This document shows, one piece after another, positions 1 through 11,658 of a DNA stretch of 64,000 nt (positions are counted from its first letter, which is position 1; every line of letters begins with the position of its first letter). The stretch comes from Takakia lepidozioides. Taxonomy: Eukaryota; Plantae; Bryophyta. The stretch spans positions 18,786,001-18,850,000 of the forward strand of contig CM060734.1 of NCBI GenBank assembly GCA_030704615.1, written 5' to 3'. The translations under genes and the position numbers were made by a program. The notes under the pieces are model-generated. The model worked only from the letters and a program-made list of their open reading frames with translations. It did no database searches and had not been told where the DNA came from.

Positions 1-2319
1 ATCAGACTCTTGTCAGTACAACCCATGTAAAAGTAGCCATTCTTGTTTGCAGGTTGTCCAAACAACTTTGCACATTGTTCTTTGGTGATGTCTTTATCTA
101 AGACAAGTTGTTTGGGATTCTTGCCTGTCGCATTCAGCTTGAGGACATCCCTAAAGTAATCTGCTGATTTCTGCCCCCCTCTTTCGCCCATAGTGTATCT
201 TCGGATGCCGCTTTGGAACTCTTCGCTTTCGTAGGTGAATTCTCTAACTTACTCCCCGATTGCACCATTGTTTTGAACCGCTTCCTGAGTGCCCTACATA
301 CTCCCAGCCCCACACTCCCATTAGACCAGTTTTTTACAGCTCCAGGTTGGTTATGTACGGAGACAACAACATGAGGGGGCAAGGATGGAGCTACAAACCA
401 ACACCCTACCGACATTTCCAGCTTCATGAGAACCAACAAACCAACAAAACAACAAACCAACAAAACCAACAACCTACTGACATTCCCAGCTTCATGACAA
501 CCATACTACCTAATTCTGACATGAAATTACCTTTCAATCAGAGGCCAAGTCTGGATCGTCTCTGGTTAACGCAAGTGCAGCCTTCAAGAAGTGCAAGTGA
601 TCCATATAGATGACAAACCCGCTTTTCACACGTTTCCAAATTCTATATTCCTCCACATGGTTAGGTTTCAGAGAATCAACATTCACATATTGATGATATG
701 CATTGCCATATTCCTCTTCGATCCCAACCAATGATTGACAGAAGGGACAAGTTTCTTGGTGTTCTATTTTATCTTGCTCCTCTTGTGATGTAACCGGGTG
801 TCTCTCTCTCGAAGGCTCCTCTTCTTGCATTGGTCCTCTTCAATCTAGCGTCATGGTTCAGTTTAGGTAATTAGCTATGCAAGGATGAGCTGGGCTGTCA
901 CGTGCTAACAACAACAAGAGACTACTCTACCCCTCTACCCCACCTAGGCCATGAGGTATGCAATAAAAGTGAAAATATGAGTAGAGAACACCAGAAAGCA
1001 CAAAAGCTAAGGGGGTGCCACACCTGTAATGCTTCAACAAGATGTGGTGGGAGGTAGCGTGAGGGAGAGCCGCAGGCCACCTGCCATCCCCGCAAATCAG
1101 CTGCACAAACACATGACATACTTAAGTTGAATAGTAGCCCCACAAATGCGACAACATATGCAGGCAAGCTGATGGAATCAGAGGACAGTAAAATGTAAAT
1201 TCTTGAAGGCACTAACATGGCAGCAAGAGAAACCAAACATTTTCAACACAGACACTCAAAATTCCTTGGCAATCAACAATCACAGTGTCAACCTCTTGGG
1301 CCCTTCTTCCGCACACTAGAAAACTGTTTACTGTCCAGCAATGCAAAAATGGGATGCACTTGCCCCCCTCACTATAACACAAAAAGGGTAGCTCGTTGGA
1401 AAGTAGTTTCAAGTCATAACAACAAAGACCAGTGACACAAATTCAAGGCTTTGTTCACCTGTTTGAATAGACTGGACTTGGTGATGACCTATATACAAAA
1501 TCACATTATCAGCATGGTGCAGCCAACGGTACTGTCCAAAGAAGATCACACCCCCCCTTGTGAACAACAAATCAACCTACCACCCTGGACTTGCACCTAT
1601 ATGATCTTGATGTACCTTGCGAGCTCCATCTCCAGCAAACAAACAATGGCAAACAAATATGATCCACATCGGGAGGGTCTCAGTGTGGCAATTGCTTCAC
1701 TCTCACAAGCACAATCTCATCAGGAGCAGAGCATCCATAAATACAAGACCCATTTGTATCTTTTTCTGGACAGAATAACCTAGAACATCTCATGTTAGAA
1801 TACTTCTACTATTCAGAAGGACGACCCAGTACCATTGTGACAAACTTTACATTCAGCTACATATGCTACATCTGCTACTCTTCCCCTGCCTCGCTGATAT
1901 CGTCCCTTTTATAACAACGACCACATTTGGTACAAGCCATATACAAATGCACCTTGACAGAAAAGGGCATGCACTCTCACTTGAAACCAGCCAGCGTCAA
2001 CAGTTCACAAGTCTGCATGGTAGGTCAGATTAGGCCAGATCCCCTCCTCCCTCCCCGCGATCATTAAATGCCACCACTGCGTGCTCCCTTCTAGCACATA
2101 TCTTGCTGTGGAGTTCTCCTTCAGTTGTAACTGTGATGAACATACACAAAACTGGTCAAACAGCTAAACACAAACTTTGGATATTCTCACTCAAATGTTT
2201 CCACTACAGAGGGATTAATACTGAAGTTACAACGACCATGTTGGCCTACCTTGGAGTAGGCATTGCCGTGTGGGAGAGCAACTCCAACCATGCCTAAAAC
2301 TTTAAAAATCCATTCAGCT

Positions 2320-3125
2320 TTCGGTGCTCAAAGAGAGCATGTCAGCGTGCTCTACAATAGCTAATGCGGCTGTTCAAGGCGAGTTTGGCGCACCACCCTT
2401 GAGCTCTCAAAGTCCTGAGTTAGTTCAAGGTCAGATGGTGGGCTCAGTGCCTAATACCAGATACCCTAAGATGACATACTCTATTTCTTGGAAGCAAGAC
2501 CGTCCTGTTAAACAGGCTAAATCCTGGCAGAAAAAAATAGAGGAGATGTTTCAAGTACCTGAAGTTTGGGCAGGAAGAACTGACCCTGCTGGATGAAGCT
2601 TACTTGGAGGCTAAAGTGTCTAAAGCCACGTCGGAAGCATGAATAATGCTTGAACAAAAAGAAGTTAGGCATAAACATCCCTGAACTTGTTTCCAGTTTG
2701 TGACATGGGTGGACCTTAGGCTGAAAGGCCTACCTATCCTCAGCATTAAACTAAAATTTAACCCCGGGGCGGGGGGTCAAAACTTGAACAAATAACACAT
2801 GCAGAGAGGAAAGGGAGATTGTCAATGCCCGATGTGTGGGCGCACTGAAGGCAATACCCATTTTCTGAAACAGTGTCCGGGGTATTCTCATCAGAGAGCC
2901 ACCCTCTTCAGGACCGTGTAGTCCCTGCACCTCTGCTCACCAACTTTCAAAGTATCGATTCTGAGCCTAAGGCCCTGGCCCTATTGGGGTCTAATTGCTA
3001 GGTAGCTCAGACACAGCAGATTGATGCATCCAATTGTTTATACCAAGGTAGCTCCAACTACTGGAGTGAGCCCCTCACAAAGGTAATAGTAAGCAGACTT
3101 TTGTGATCAATAAATACTCATCACA
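2320..3125 (+). mobile_element. 5'-truncated LINE remnant (3' end), RTEX/L2-like by inference
   Basis: STIANAAVQGEFGAPPL post-RT-like motif and CPMC...EGNTHFLKQC knuckle. 2710-3085 is clearly homologous to the reverse complement of 42050-42477. Confidence 0.75.
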
Positions 3126-6100
3126 TGTACCCTCACCGTAATGGTCACATACCCCACAAACTGTCATGTATGAATGACTGTGCAGCCTAAAATTTTAGGG
3201 TTTTACAACATGAATTGCTAGCAGGTAGCTCCAAAAATTAGCTCAACAAGACTCACTAACAAGACGTAAGTATATCCTTCTCTGGGCAGGGAAAAAAATG
3301 GAGAAATACCAACCCAGCAAGGAACACACCATAGAGAATGATAAACAACACATGCATCACTGTCAAGATTCAAGAAAGGCAATTAACCACTGTGTTCAAA
3401 TGCACAATGCAGGAAGTATAGAATCAGGCATGAAAGATCGCAACGGTGGCTCGTACTTGTAGAGTTCAAGTGGAAAGTTACTAGTCATCATCATTTGGAT
3501 GGCAATCTGTCATGTCTTTCCAGGCGCTACGACAGAAACATTCATGCTTGCAGGAACCTAATTCCAGATATGCCGCACACCAAATCGACTGGCCACGAAC
3601 TTGAACCAAACTTACCAAGGGTAGAGTCAAGCAACAATCAAGTGCTTTTTCCAGCGATGGCACATCCCAGCACCCCCGCCCAAGCTCCTCCTCTACTCCT
3701 CTACCCTCCTGCCTCCTCTGCTATGGCAGCAACACATAGTGTTGCACTTTATAAGTTCTGCTCGCATCGCCCGATTCCTCTGCTACCACCACCCAAGCAC
3801 GCCCATAGAAACACAGAAATGAAAACAAACTTCACGCATGCGTAGAGTTGATGAAACAGTCACAGGCTAAACCCTGAATTTGGCCACAAAATGGTAAGCA
3901 GACTTTTGTGATCAAACATTCCCAATCTCTTCCCAATCTCTTCACATTCCCAATCCCAATCAACTCGTATCGTCTTAGCTAGCTTCTAGTTGCGCGTCGC
4001 GCATCCTACCTGGCAGCTCGTCGTCCCCGCGCTTCAGTCTAGCCCAACGCGACCAGCCATCTTCCAGCCACCCACATACCCGACGAAGGCAACCTCCAAT
4101 CGACGGTTGCAACTTGATGTACAAAAACAATCAACAGCTACAATTAATTCGACTTTTTGCTACGTCGTTCCCGCGTGTTGCGTTTTCTACTTCATATGTC
4201 CATTTTTTATGGACTGCAAGTTGCCACTTTTGGATGGCCCGTAGCATGCTTTGGCCCGTTGATATAATCTAAACCATGCATGTTGTTTTTGTGCCATTGT
4301 AACCACTGAACGTGGATCTGTCAATTTGTGACTCAACATGTAGGCTGCCATACATACCTACTCTGATGTGACTCACCGCTGATAAGGCTCAAAAGTTGAG
4401 TATTAGAACTGTGAGACTAGAAAGAAAAGCCATATAACTACATGATGACATGATGAAACGTCGATGGGTTATAACCCTTAGTTCTAGAGACTTCGACACT
4501 TGCCACCTTATGGAAGTTTCGATGGCTATCTTAGGGTTTCCAAAAAATTTGACAGTTGGCAGTTACGGTTTTCACAAATTTCGACATTCCTTCCAGCCAT
4601 TTAATGAATATATCGATAATCATAAAAATAATTAATTAGTGTCGAACTTGCCAGGGTACTACGGTATTAACACCAATCGTAATATCTCCAAGTGTAAACA
4701 AACTCTATCAAATAAATAAATAAATGACAGCGACCGAAGCTAGTGTAAATAAGAGCCTCTTCTCCAAGCAGGTTTTGCCTTCTTTCCAGGATGGGCTATG
4801 AAGAAATGACCGACTAACCTAACCGACCTACGAGGTGATCAGCTGGCCACTTTCAATCTTGTATTTGTTGACGATGAGAGCAGTAAATGCTCTTTATAGC
4901 TGTGAAATGTAGGGTATGGAGAAGTTTAATGATGGCGGTATGGTAGAATAATTTTAGGTTTTCTTTTAGGACATCAATATTGTGGCTATGGGCATCACCT
5001 CTGACACCTACAATAAATATAATATTCAATGGGCCCTGTGCCTACAACCATGTTGGAGAAGGGCTAGGACCAATGGCTCATATTTTTCTCTTTTATTTGC
5101 AATTGCTTGGTCTGCAATGTAGCAGTGATGGCAGAATGTGAATTCAATTATATGGATGGTGAAGGAGGGATGGGCTTGTCGGTGTTGCAGGAGTCCATGG
5201 ACAAGTAAGATATGGGGGCAGAGATGTGCTAAGCAGTGGCACAAGTGGGTGAAGCACGTGCAAGCCAACATCCAATAGATGGCCCGGTGGTTATAAGGAC
5301 ACAAGGCCGCCTTACAAATGGTCATGGGTTCAAAGTTCAAAGAAGCCACATAGTGTAATATGTTGGATGTCACCCACTATGACCCACTATGGCCAACCCA
5401 GCCATAAAAAAGGGGCAAGTGGATCAATCAATTGTTTAATGTATGGGTATAACATGGGGACTTTGAAGTCTTTTGGGGAAGGGTTGGGCAACCATGATGT
5501 CGTGATTATGATAGTTAGAAGCCTCTTAACGCTTTTTGGGATGAAGTGACACCATAAATTACGCTTGCTCTAGCAAGAGTCTTCCTTCTTTCTTAAGGCA
5601 AGTCAAGATAGCCTACCGGGGATTTTACCCTACTAACAGTCACGTTTTTTCTCTCAAACATTCAGACTTTCTAGTTGAGCCTCCACGACTTATGACGTGG
5701 AAATAAGGTTTCCACGATCTAAATGAGATATGTGCCAAATGACGTTCCAGCCAATGTTGGGCGTCACTGAGAACATGACCTAAGGGCCTGGACTTATCAA
5801 TATGAAAACACATTAAAAGCCGGGCCCGGGCTTGCGAGGAAATTAAGATTTTTGTTGTGCGGCGGATATGCATAATCTACATGTTCATTTTTTCGTTTCC
5901 GGCCATGGATATAAAAGGTTGTTGCTGTAGAACTGCCGGTCATGTATAAGGGCAGGTCATGAATTTTATTTAATATACATACCTTGGTACATACTCAACT
6001 CTAACATGTGTACCTGTTCAACATTGGTGTGGACACAAAAAACATTTAGATGTAAATAATTAATTAGAAATAGCTAAAGACTATTTTAGTTATTGAACCA

Positions 6101-6129
6101 TGATTACTAAAACAACTGTTGGACCAACC

Positions 6130-6210
6130 GCCAGTAGCTCAGTTGGTTAGTGCACTGAGTGCACCCAGATGATTTTGGGATTTTGGGGTCAAATCCTGCT
6201 ACTTGACGGG
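6130..6210 (+). other. tRNA-derived SINE-like head
   Basis: A-box TAGCTCAGTTGG and degenerate B-box GGGTCAAATCC at tRNA-like spacing, with no complete cloverleaf. Confidence 0.55.
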
Positions 6211-7794
6211 TGTGGTATATTGTATACTCTTTTTCCCCTTCCCAGTGGGCGGTGTCCCATTTGTATGCCTTCATGGCGAGGTTAATGTGAAAGAGATTAT
6301 TTTCTCTCAAGATTAAAGGACCGGAAATGTGAGCTGTCGCTTGCACACTCAGAATCGCGTTTACTGTGAGGGGTTCGCTTTACCATTCAAGTTGGCCTCT
6401 GAACGGCAGCCGTGGTGGAGGCGCTCCACATCTTCTGCCGATTTGGTCAAAAATAGTTTTGGACTGGTATAATATAAGTGAAGGACTGGTTTATGCACTG
6501 CCATTACATACAAGAGCAATCTGGTAGCATTTGGGATAATTCTGCAGCATATACGCGACCAGGCAGGTGTTCATTTTCGCACATAGCAATTTGTGTTCTA
6601 TAATAATGCATGTGTATACTTGTACTTATGTATATTTACTTGTAACTGTATTTTATTTATTGTCACTTCATACCTGCTATTTCATGGACTTGGAAATGAA
6701 GGTGGCTTCCAAATGATATCAGAGTTCATACCTCACAGCAGCTGGTATTGCGGTCAGTTGGGAGAATACCAGGTGGTATTGTGGTCATCATGCTATACCA
6801 GTATGTGGCCAAAAAAAAATCATCAATTATGAATCTGGCTATGTCATACAGTTAGTTTCGTTTCACATTGGCATACTTGTTGAAAATCTGGCTGAAATAT
6901 ATAAAATACTTGGTGAGAATCTGACTGAAACATTGAAATACTTGTTAACTCTTGATTGAAATGTTGAAATACTGAAATATTGTAGGCATTTGAATCTGCT
7001 GAAATGCCTCCTTGGTTTGAAGTCCGTGGAGCCTTTTCAATCGCACATAGCATGTGATCCAGACAGAAACTGCACACAAACATATGCAGCCAAATATTAT
7101 ATTCATATTCGGACCACATGCCGAGGGCAACACAAGCACTTTTAAATGTTCTGCAAATTTCAAAGTCTTGAGGCTGAACCTTGGTGGGTCTGTCTTTGTT
7201 CTTGTCGTTGATTGTGTCTCTGTTCACCAGCTTTGAGAGGCTTGAGGCTGATCTTTGAAAATCTCTCTCAACCTTTCATCCACATGCAAGCTGGAAGTAG
7301 TTGGGCATGCCAGTGGGTTCAAGCCCCACTTGGGTGCAGCTGCATTGTTGGTTCACACAATTGAACCAACAAGGAGCTTTGAAATCTCTCTCAAACTCTT
7401 TATCTCCCTCCCTCCCTCTCCGTCTCTTAGTTTCCATGCGCCTATACCGCTCAGTCACCCTCAATCTCAGTTTTTCTAGAGAGAGAGAGGGAGCAGCAAG
7501 GGTGGGTGGGAGGGCTTATATGTACATTTGCAAAGGACAGTGTCGAATGAGTGCAAACCCACATACAAGCTAGAACTAGTTGGGCATGCCAGTGGGTTAA
7601 TCAACCCCCACATGGGTGTAATCACTGCTGGTTCAGACTGTGATACCCATGAGTGACTTATTGTGGTCCATGTTTTGGGTATAATTTGGGGGGGTGGGCA
7701 ACTACTGCTCCATGAAATGTCTAGAGAGCATGTGTCAAATAGGTTGTACAGAGGTAGACTAACTTCGTGTGGTGGGTCTTTTGGCACCTTATCA

Positions 7795-8851
7795 GTGTGA
7801 AGACATTATCGGGCTATTTGGTGGAGCTGGGCTGCCCAGAAGACAATGCTTATCATGGAGTTGATGAAAACATTGCCACGGCCCATGGTCAGAATGTGTC
7901 TAAGCACTATCAAACTGAAAATTTCAAACAGGTTCTGCATGTTTTACATTTTGTTTGAACCCCAAACTGTCAAAGCACTTGCACTTACACATTGTACTCG
8001 TTAGTCTTGTATGGTTGGTGAGACTGATGTGGGATCCAACTCAACTTTTATGTCAGTGATTGCTTTATCATGAGTAGGATGAAGCTATGAAAATATGGAC
8101 ACAAACATTGCCTCAAGATGCAGTCCAAGATGACATCAAACTGAAATTTGCTGCTGCATTTGGACATGAGTCTTTGCCTCATGAGATGGAATTTTGGGCA
8201 CCAAACTCACTACAATCCTATTTTTGAGCATGACTCCACACCTAACACTCCAGTCGAGCACAAAGTCTTCAAATCAACTGGAATGTATGCTTCAAACTCA
8301 ATTCAACCATGTGTTTGAGCTCAAGCCAGAACCTGGCACTGTACTTAAACATGAGTCTTCACTACTTCTAAAATCCGCACTTCAAACTCAATTCGGCCCT
8401 GTCTTTGAGATCACAGTAGAGCCTGAGCCCAAATGTGAACATGTCTTTCCTTCTCAAGTAGAATCCGTGCTTCAAAATCAACTCAACCCTATTTCCGAAA
8501 TTAAACCAGAGCCCAAAGCTGCACTTGATCAAAATTGGTCATGGTCAATGGGATTTCAAGCTTCAAACTCAATCCAGCCCTAGTTTTGAAGCTGATCAAT
8601 GCAGAGCTCCACCTCAGTCTAGTGCTATCCATCAGGAGGTCCTGCTTCAACCAAACTCTGGGCTAGGATGTTTATCTCATCTCACCTCTGGATTTGGTGC
8701 CAATCTTGAGCCTGCATACAACCCTGACGCTGAATTTGATCTTGAACTTGGAGAACCTAATATAGCAGCGGAACACTTCCATGAAGGTATAAGGGAGTCT
8801 GACCGACATTTTCTGGTGACACTAAAAGCTGATTATGCTCCTAACATCTGA
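7795..8851 (+). pseudogene. Decayed gene of unknown function containing 30-aa (90-bp) tandem repeats
   Basis: LQTQFNHVFELKPEP, LQTQFGPVFEITVEPEP and LQNQLNPISEIKPEP at 90-bp spacing (8290, 8380, 8470). Further copies near 8200 and 8561 are in shifted frames. Confidence 0.55.
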
Positions 8852-9689
8852 ACCACTGTCAGCTCAAAAGTGCACAACACAGTTGGGTACTTGAACACAA
8901 ATTTGATATGCTAAGCAGATGTGTGTTAGAAGTGACAGACAAAGAAAAGCAAAGGCTTCCGACATTGCCCAGGAACCAACAGAACCATCCTTCTATTTTC
9001 AGAACTGGTGGTATGCATTCAGACCCACGAGAAAAGAAATCTGTGTGCAGGGGAAGAGCCAGAGAGAGTTCATACTCAAGGGTAGCATATACTAGGCACA
9101 TTTAGTGAAGGCCCTTGAGCATACCACACCAGATCCCATCCATAATTTCCTTGTTTCTCTGTGAACTCTTCAAACTATCCCTCAACAGCAGTACAAGCTA
9201 GGGCAGAGAGAGAAGCCTATGGCTAAGTGCAAATGAGAGACAGGGCACACTGCGTTTGAGTCTTTCGATCAGCTTTCCACATGTCCCATATAAGACATAG
9301 CACTGCTGTCCCTGGGCTCAAATGCTCAAATGGGGGAGGCATAATTGAAGCTTCAAATCCTTCTAAGCTTGAATCAAATTGGGATCCATGAAAAAAATGG
9401 AAGTTTGTAGAAAGGAACAAAAAACTTAACATGATTATTTATTTGTGAGTGTGCCGAGTCTTCACTCCAGAAGACTTTGCTTTGCTGTAGACACTCTTTC
9501 GCTCACTGGCACAATATGCTTTCTAGGTTTTTTCTTGGGAGACTGTCCACCATGAAGACCATTTGCAGCACGCTTGTCACCCTTTTTGAACTGAGGAGGT
9601 GGGGAGATAGCGTCGTCCCGAGTAGTAGCATCCAAGGTAGGCCTTCCCTTGCTGGTATCAGACTTTGGAGAAGAGGTCTTGGAGAAGGG

Positions 9690-9900
9690 GACCCAGTGAT
9701 GAAATCATTGACACGACTCCATGGAATGTAGGCCACTTCAGCATTGTCGTTTCCGTCAGGGATTCCATGCCATTGGTAACGCCATTGTAAGACAGTGGGA
9801 TTGAAAGCACCTGCGGTCGGAGATTGCAGCTGGCTTCGAAGCATGGAGATCAGATGGGGCACAGCAGGAGGGACAAACTCTTCAGTTCTCTCATTTGCAG
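9690..9900 (-). pseudogene. N-terminal fragment of a plant MULE-related SWIM-family protein
   Basis: LQSPTAGAFNPTVLQW...VAYIPWSRVNDFITG resembles, from memory, the N-terminus of the Arabidopsis At4g13970/At1g60560-type proteins (VQNP...F...L.W...A.IP..RV.DF..GE). Similarity stops abruptly after FITG. Confidence 0.6.
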
Positions 9901-11392
9901 ACATGTCTCTCGGAAAGCAAGTCGAAGCACACAGAGAAAGCACAAAGCACTGCGTGAAAATTTGTCACACACAATTTCGGAGACAGAGAATGAGGGGACG
10001 AAGACGCTGGGGACAGGTGGTCAATTACATGGCTGACAACAATCATCCACTAAATGACGTCCAGTCGTTTTGGAGGTACATTCAATGTTGTTTCAAATTT
10101 TAAATTTGAATGTTCAAGGTCTCCTATATGTGTGTCTATGCTCTAGGACTGGTTCAAATTTCAAATGTCAATGTTCACGGTCTCCAATATGTCTGTATGA
10201 GGAGGCATGTGCACATGTATGAGTGTATGATGGCAAAGTCATGATGTCATGGATGTATTTCTTAGGAATGAATGATGGATATGTGCAATACAATAAAACT
10301 GAGTTCAATGTGTGACAGTATTTTTGCGGGCAATTGACCCGACATGGAGGTGGCGGGTTGAGCGGGGGGCGCCAGGCGCTGTCGCGAGGGGGGCGAGGCG
10401 GAGGGCGGGGGTGGGGCCACGCAGGCAGGCCCGCTGAGGCAGCATTGAACTCCCTCTTTTGGTACTGTGTTTGCTAGACTTAGCGGATCCGCTCAAAGTG
10501 CCCACGGTATGTGGGGATGTATGGGGGCGGATGGGAGGCATTGTGGGGATGTATCAGAAGGGAGGGTGACTTAACGGATAACTTTATTGAATAGGCCAAA
10601 AGATATGATACTTTTCAGCCTGAAACATCCCCATTATACACAAGAATGATAAGCCCACAACCATGAATCTATGAGCCTAAACATAAGCTGAAGGTTCCCC
10701 CACCTCATTCAGAGACATGGAAGCTCACTTGCACATGCATGTAATTTCCGCAGTCTTAAAGAAAGTGAAGCCTACGTGTTTTTCTTGCACTACAATGACA
10801 TATACATATGCATATGCAAGTGAGTTTCCACGTCTCTGAATACACAGATAATGTAGCTGCAAGGCCGAGTGACATGGCTCAAGGATTTAGTTTGTCGTCC
10901 AGTCTTCGAAATTTGATGTAGGTGCACATCACCATCTTGGTCGAATTGAGTCAAGAATATTTTTCTCTACAGATCCACAAAGCCAGGGGCAGAGCAGTAC
11001 ATGAAATCTTTACTTGCACAAAAGAGAGAGAAGAGCACAGACACAGCCCACATGCAGAGCAAGGAGATCACAAACAAGAATTGAAGAAAGGGATGAAGCT
11101 GCTCCGCTGGATAGTTCACCGGGCAGTGGTTGTCCCAACCCTTGTGTGGCAAGTAAGCCAACGATTTGCGAAAATACAACGATAGAAGACGTTGTTTACA
11201 GATGATTCGATCTTCACCAACTGTTGGGTGTCATGATGTTTGACTCATCGGCAACCACAAAAGAGCTTCAAAGTGGCACCATAAGATTCGACCACCCTAC
11301 TCACATGGGAGTCGTGTGGGCCCTGGGCTGTACTACATTTGTTGTCTTGGGGGAAAAGCCAAAGCCCAAGCATGTGCTTGCTTATTTAGGAG

Positions 11393-11639
11393 TGTCACAG
11401 TTCCTAAAATCCCATAGACTTGTCAAGACAAGACAATGACAACAGGACAGAGATAGAACTCTTTCACGGAGCATAACATTAAGACATGATCACAATACAA
11501 GCAGGAATGTCTGCCTTGATGCCAACTGACATCTGAAACCCGTGTACCAACCAACGTAACAGATAACTACTTAAAACTAACTAGTAACTGTTACTCAACG
11601 TTCAGGTACCATAGGGTGTGACGCTTCATATCATTAACA
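11393..11639 (-). repeat. 3' LTR of the copia element
   Basis: 247-bp copy of 15818-16064, preceded on the minus strand by a degenerate purine tract (AGCTTAGTGCGAG). Confidence 0.97.
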
Positions 11640-11658
11640 CTCGCACTAAGCTAGCACC

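Noticed and set aside
1-2300. Host gene among the short ORFs with CxxC-like words
   Set aside because: No consistent exon chain. Some minus-strand peptides (KLLSNELP) look like very old LINE debris but are too degraded to call.
6130-6210. Functional tRNA gene (also considered near 5280, 36834 and 51430)
   Set aside because: A- and B-box-like motifs are present, but I could not form complete acceptor and anticodon stems, so they are treated as SINE-like relics.
6844-7227. Helitron RepHel fragment (RTFKSACVALGM)
   Set aside because: Only a 12-residue resemblance, with no flanking Rep or helicase motifs and no Helitron termini found.
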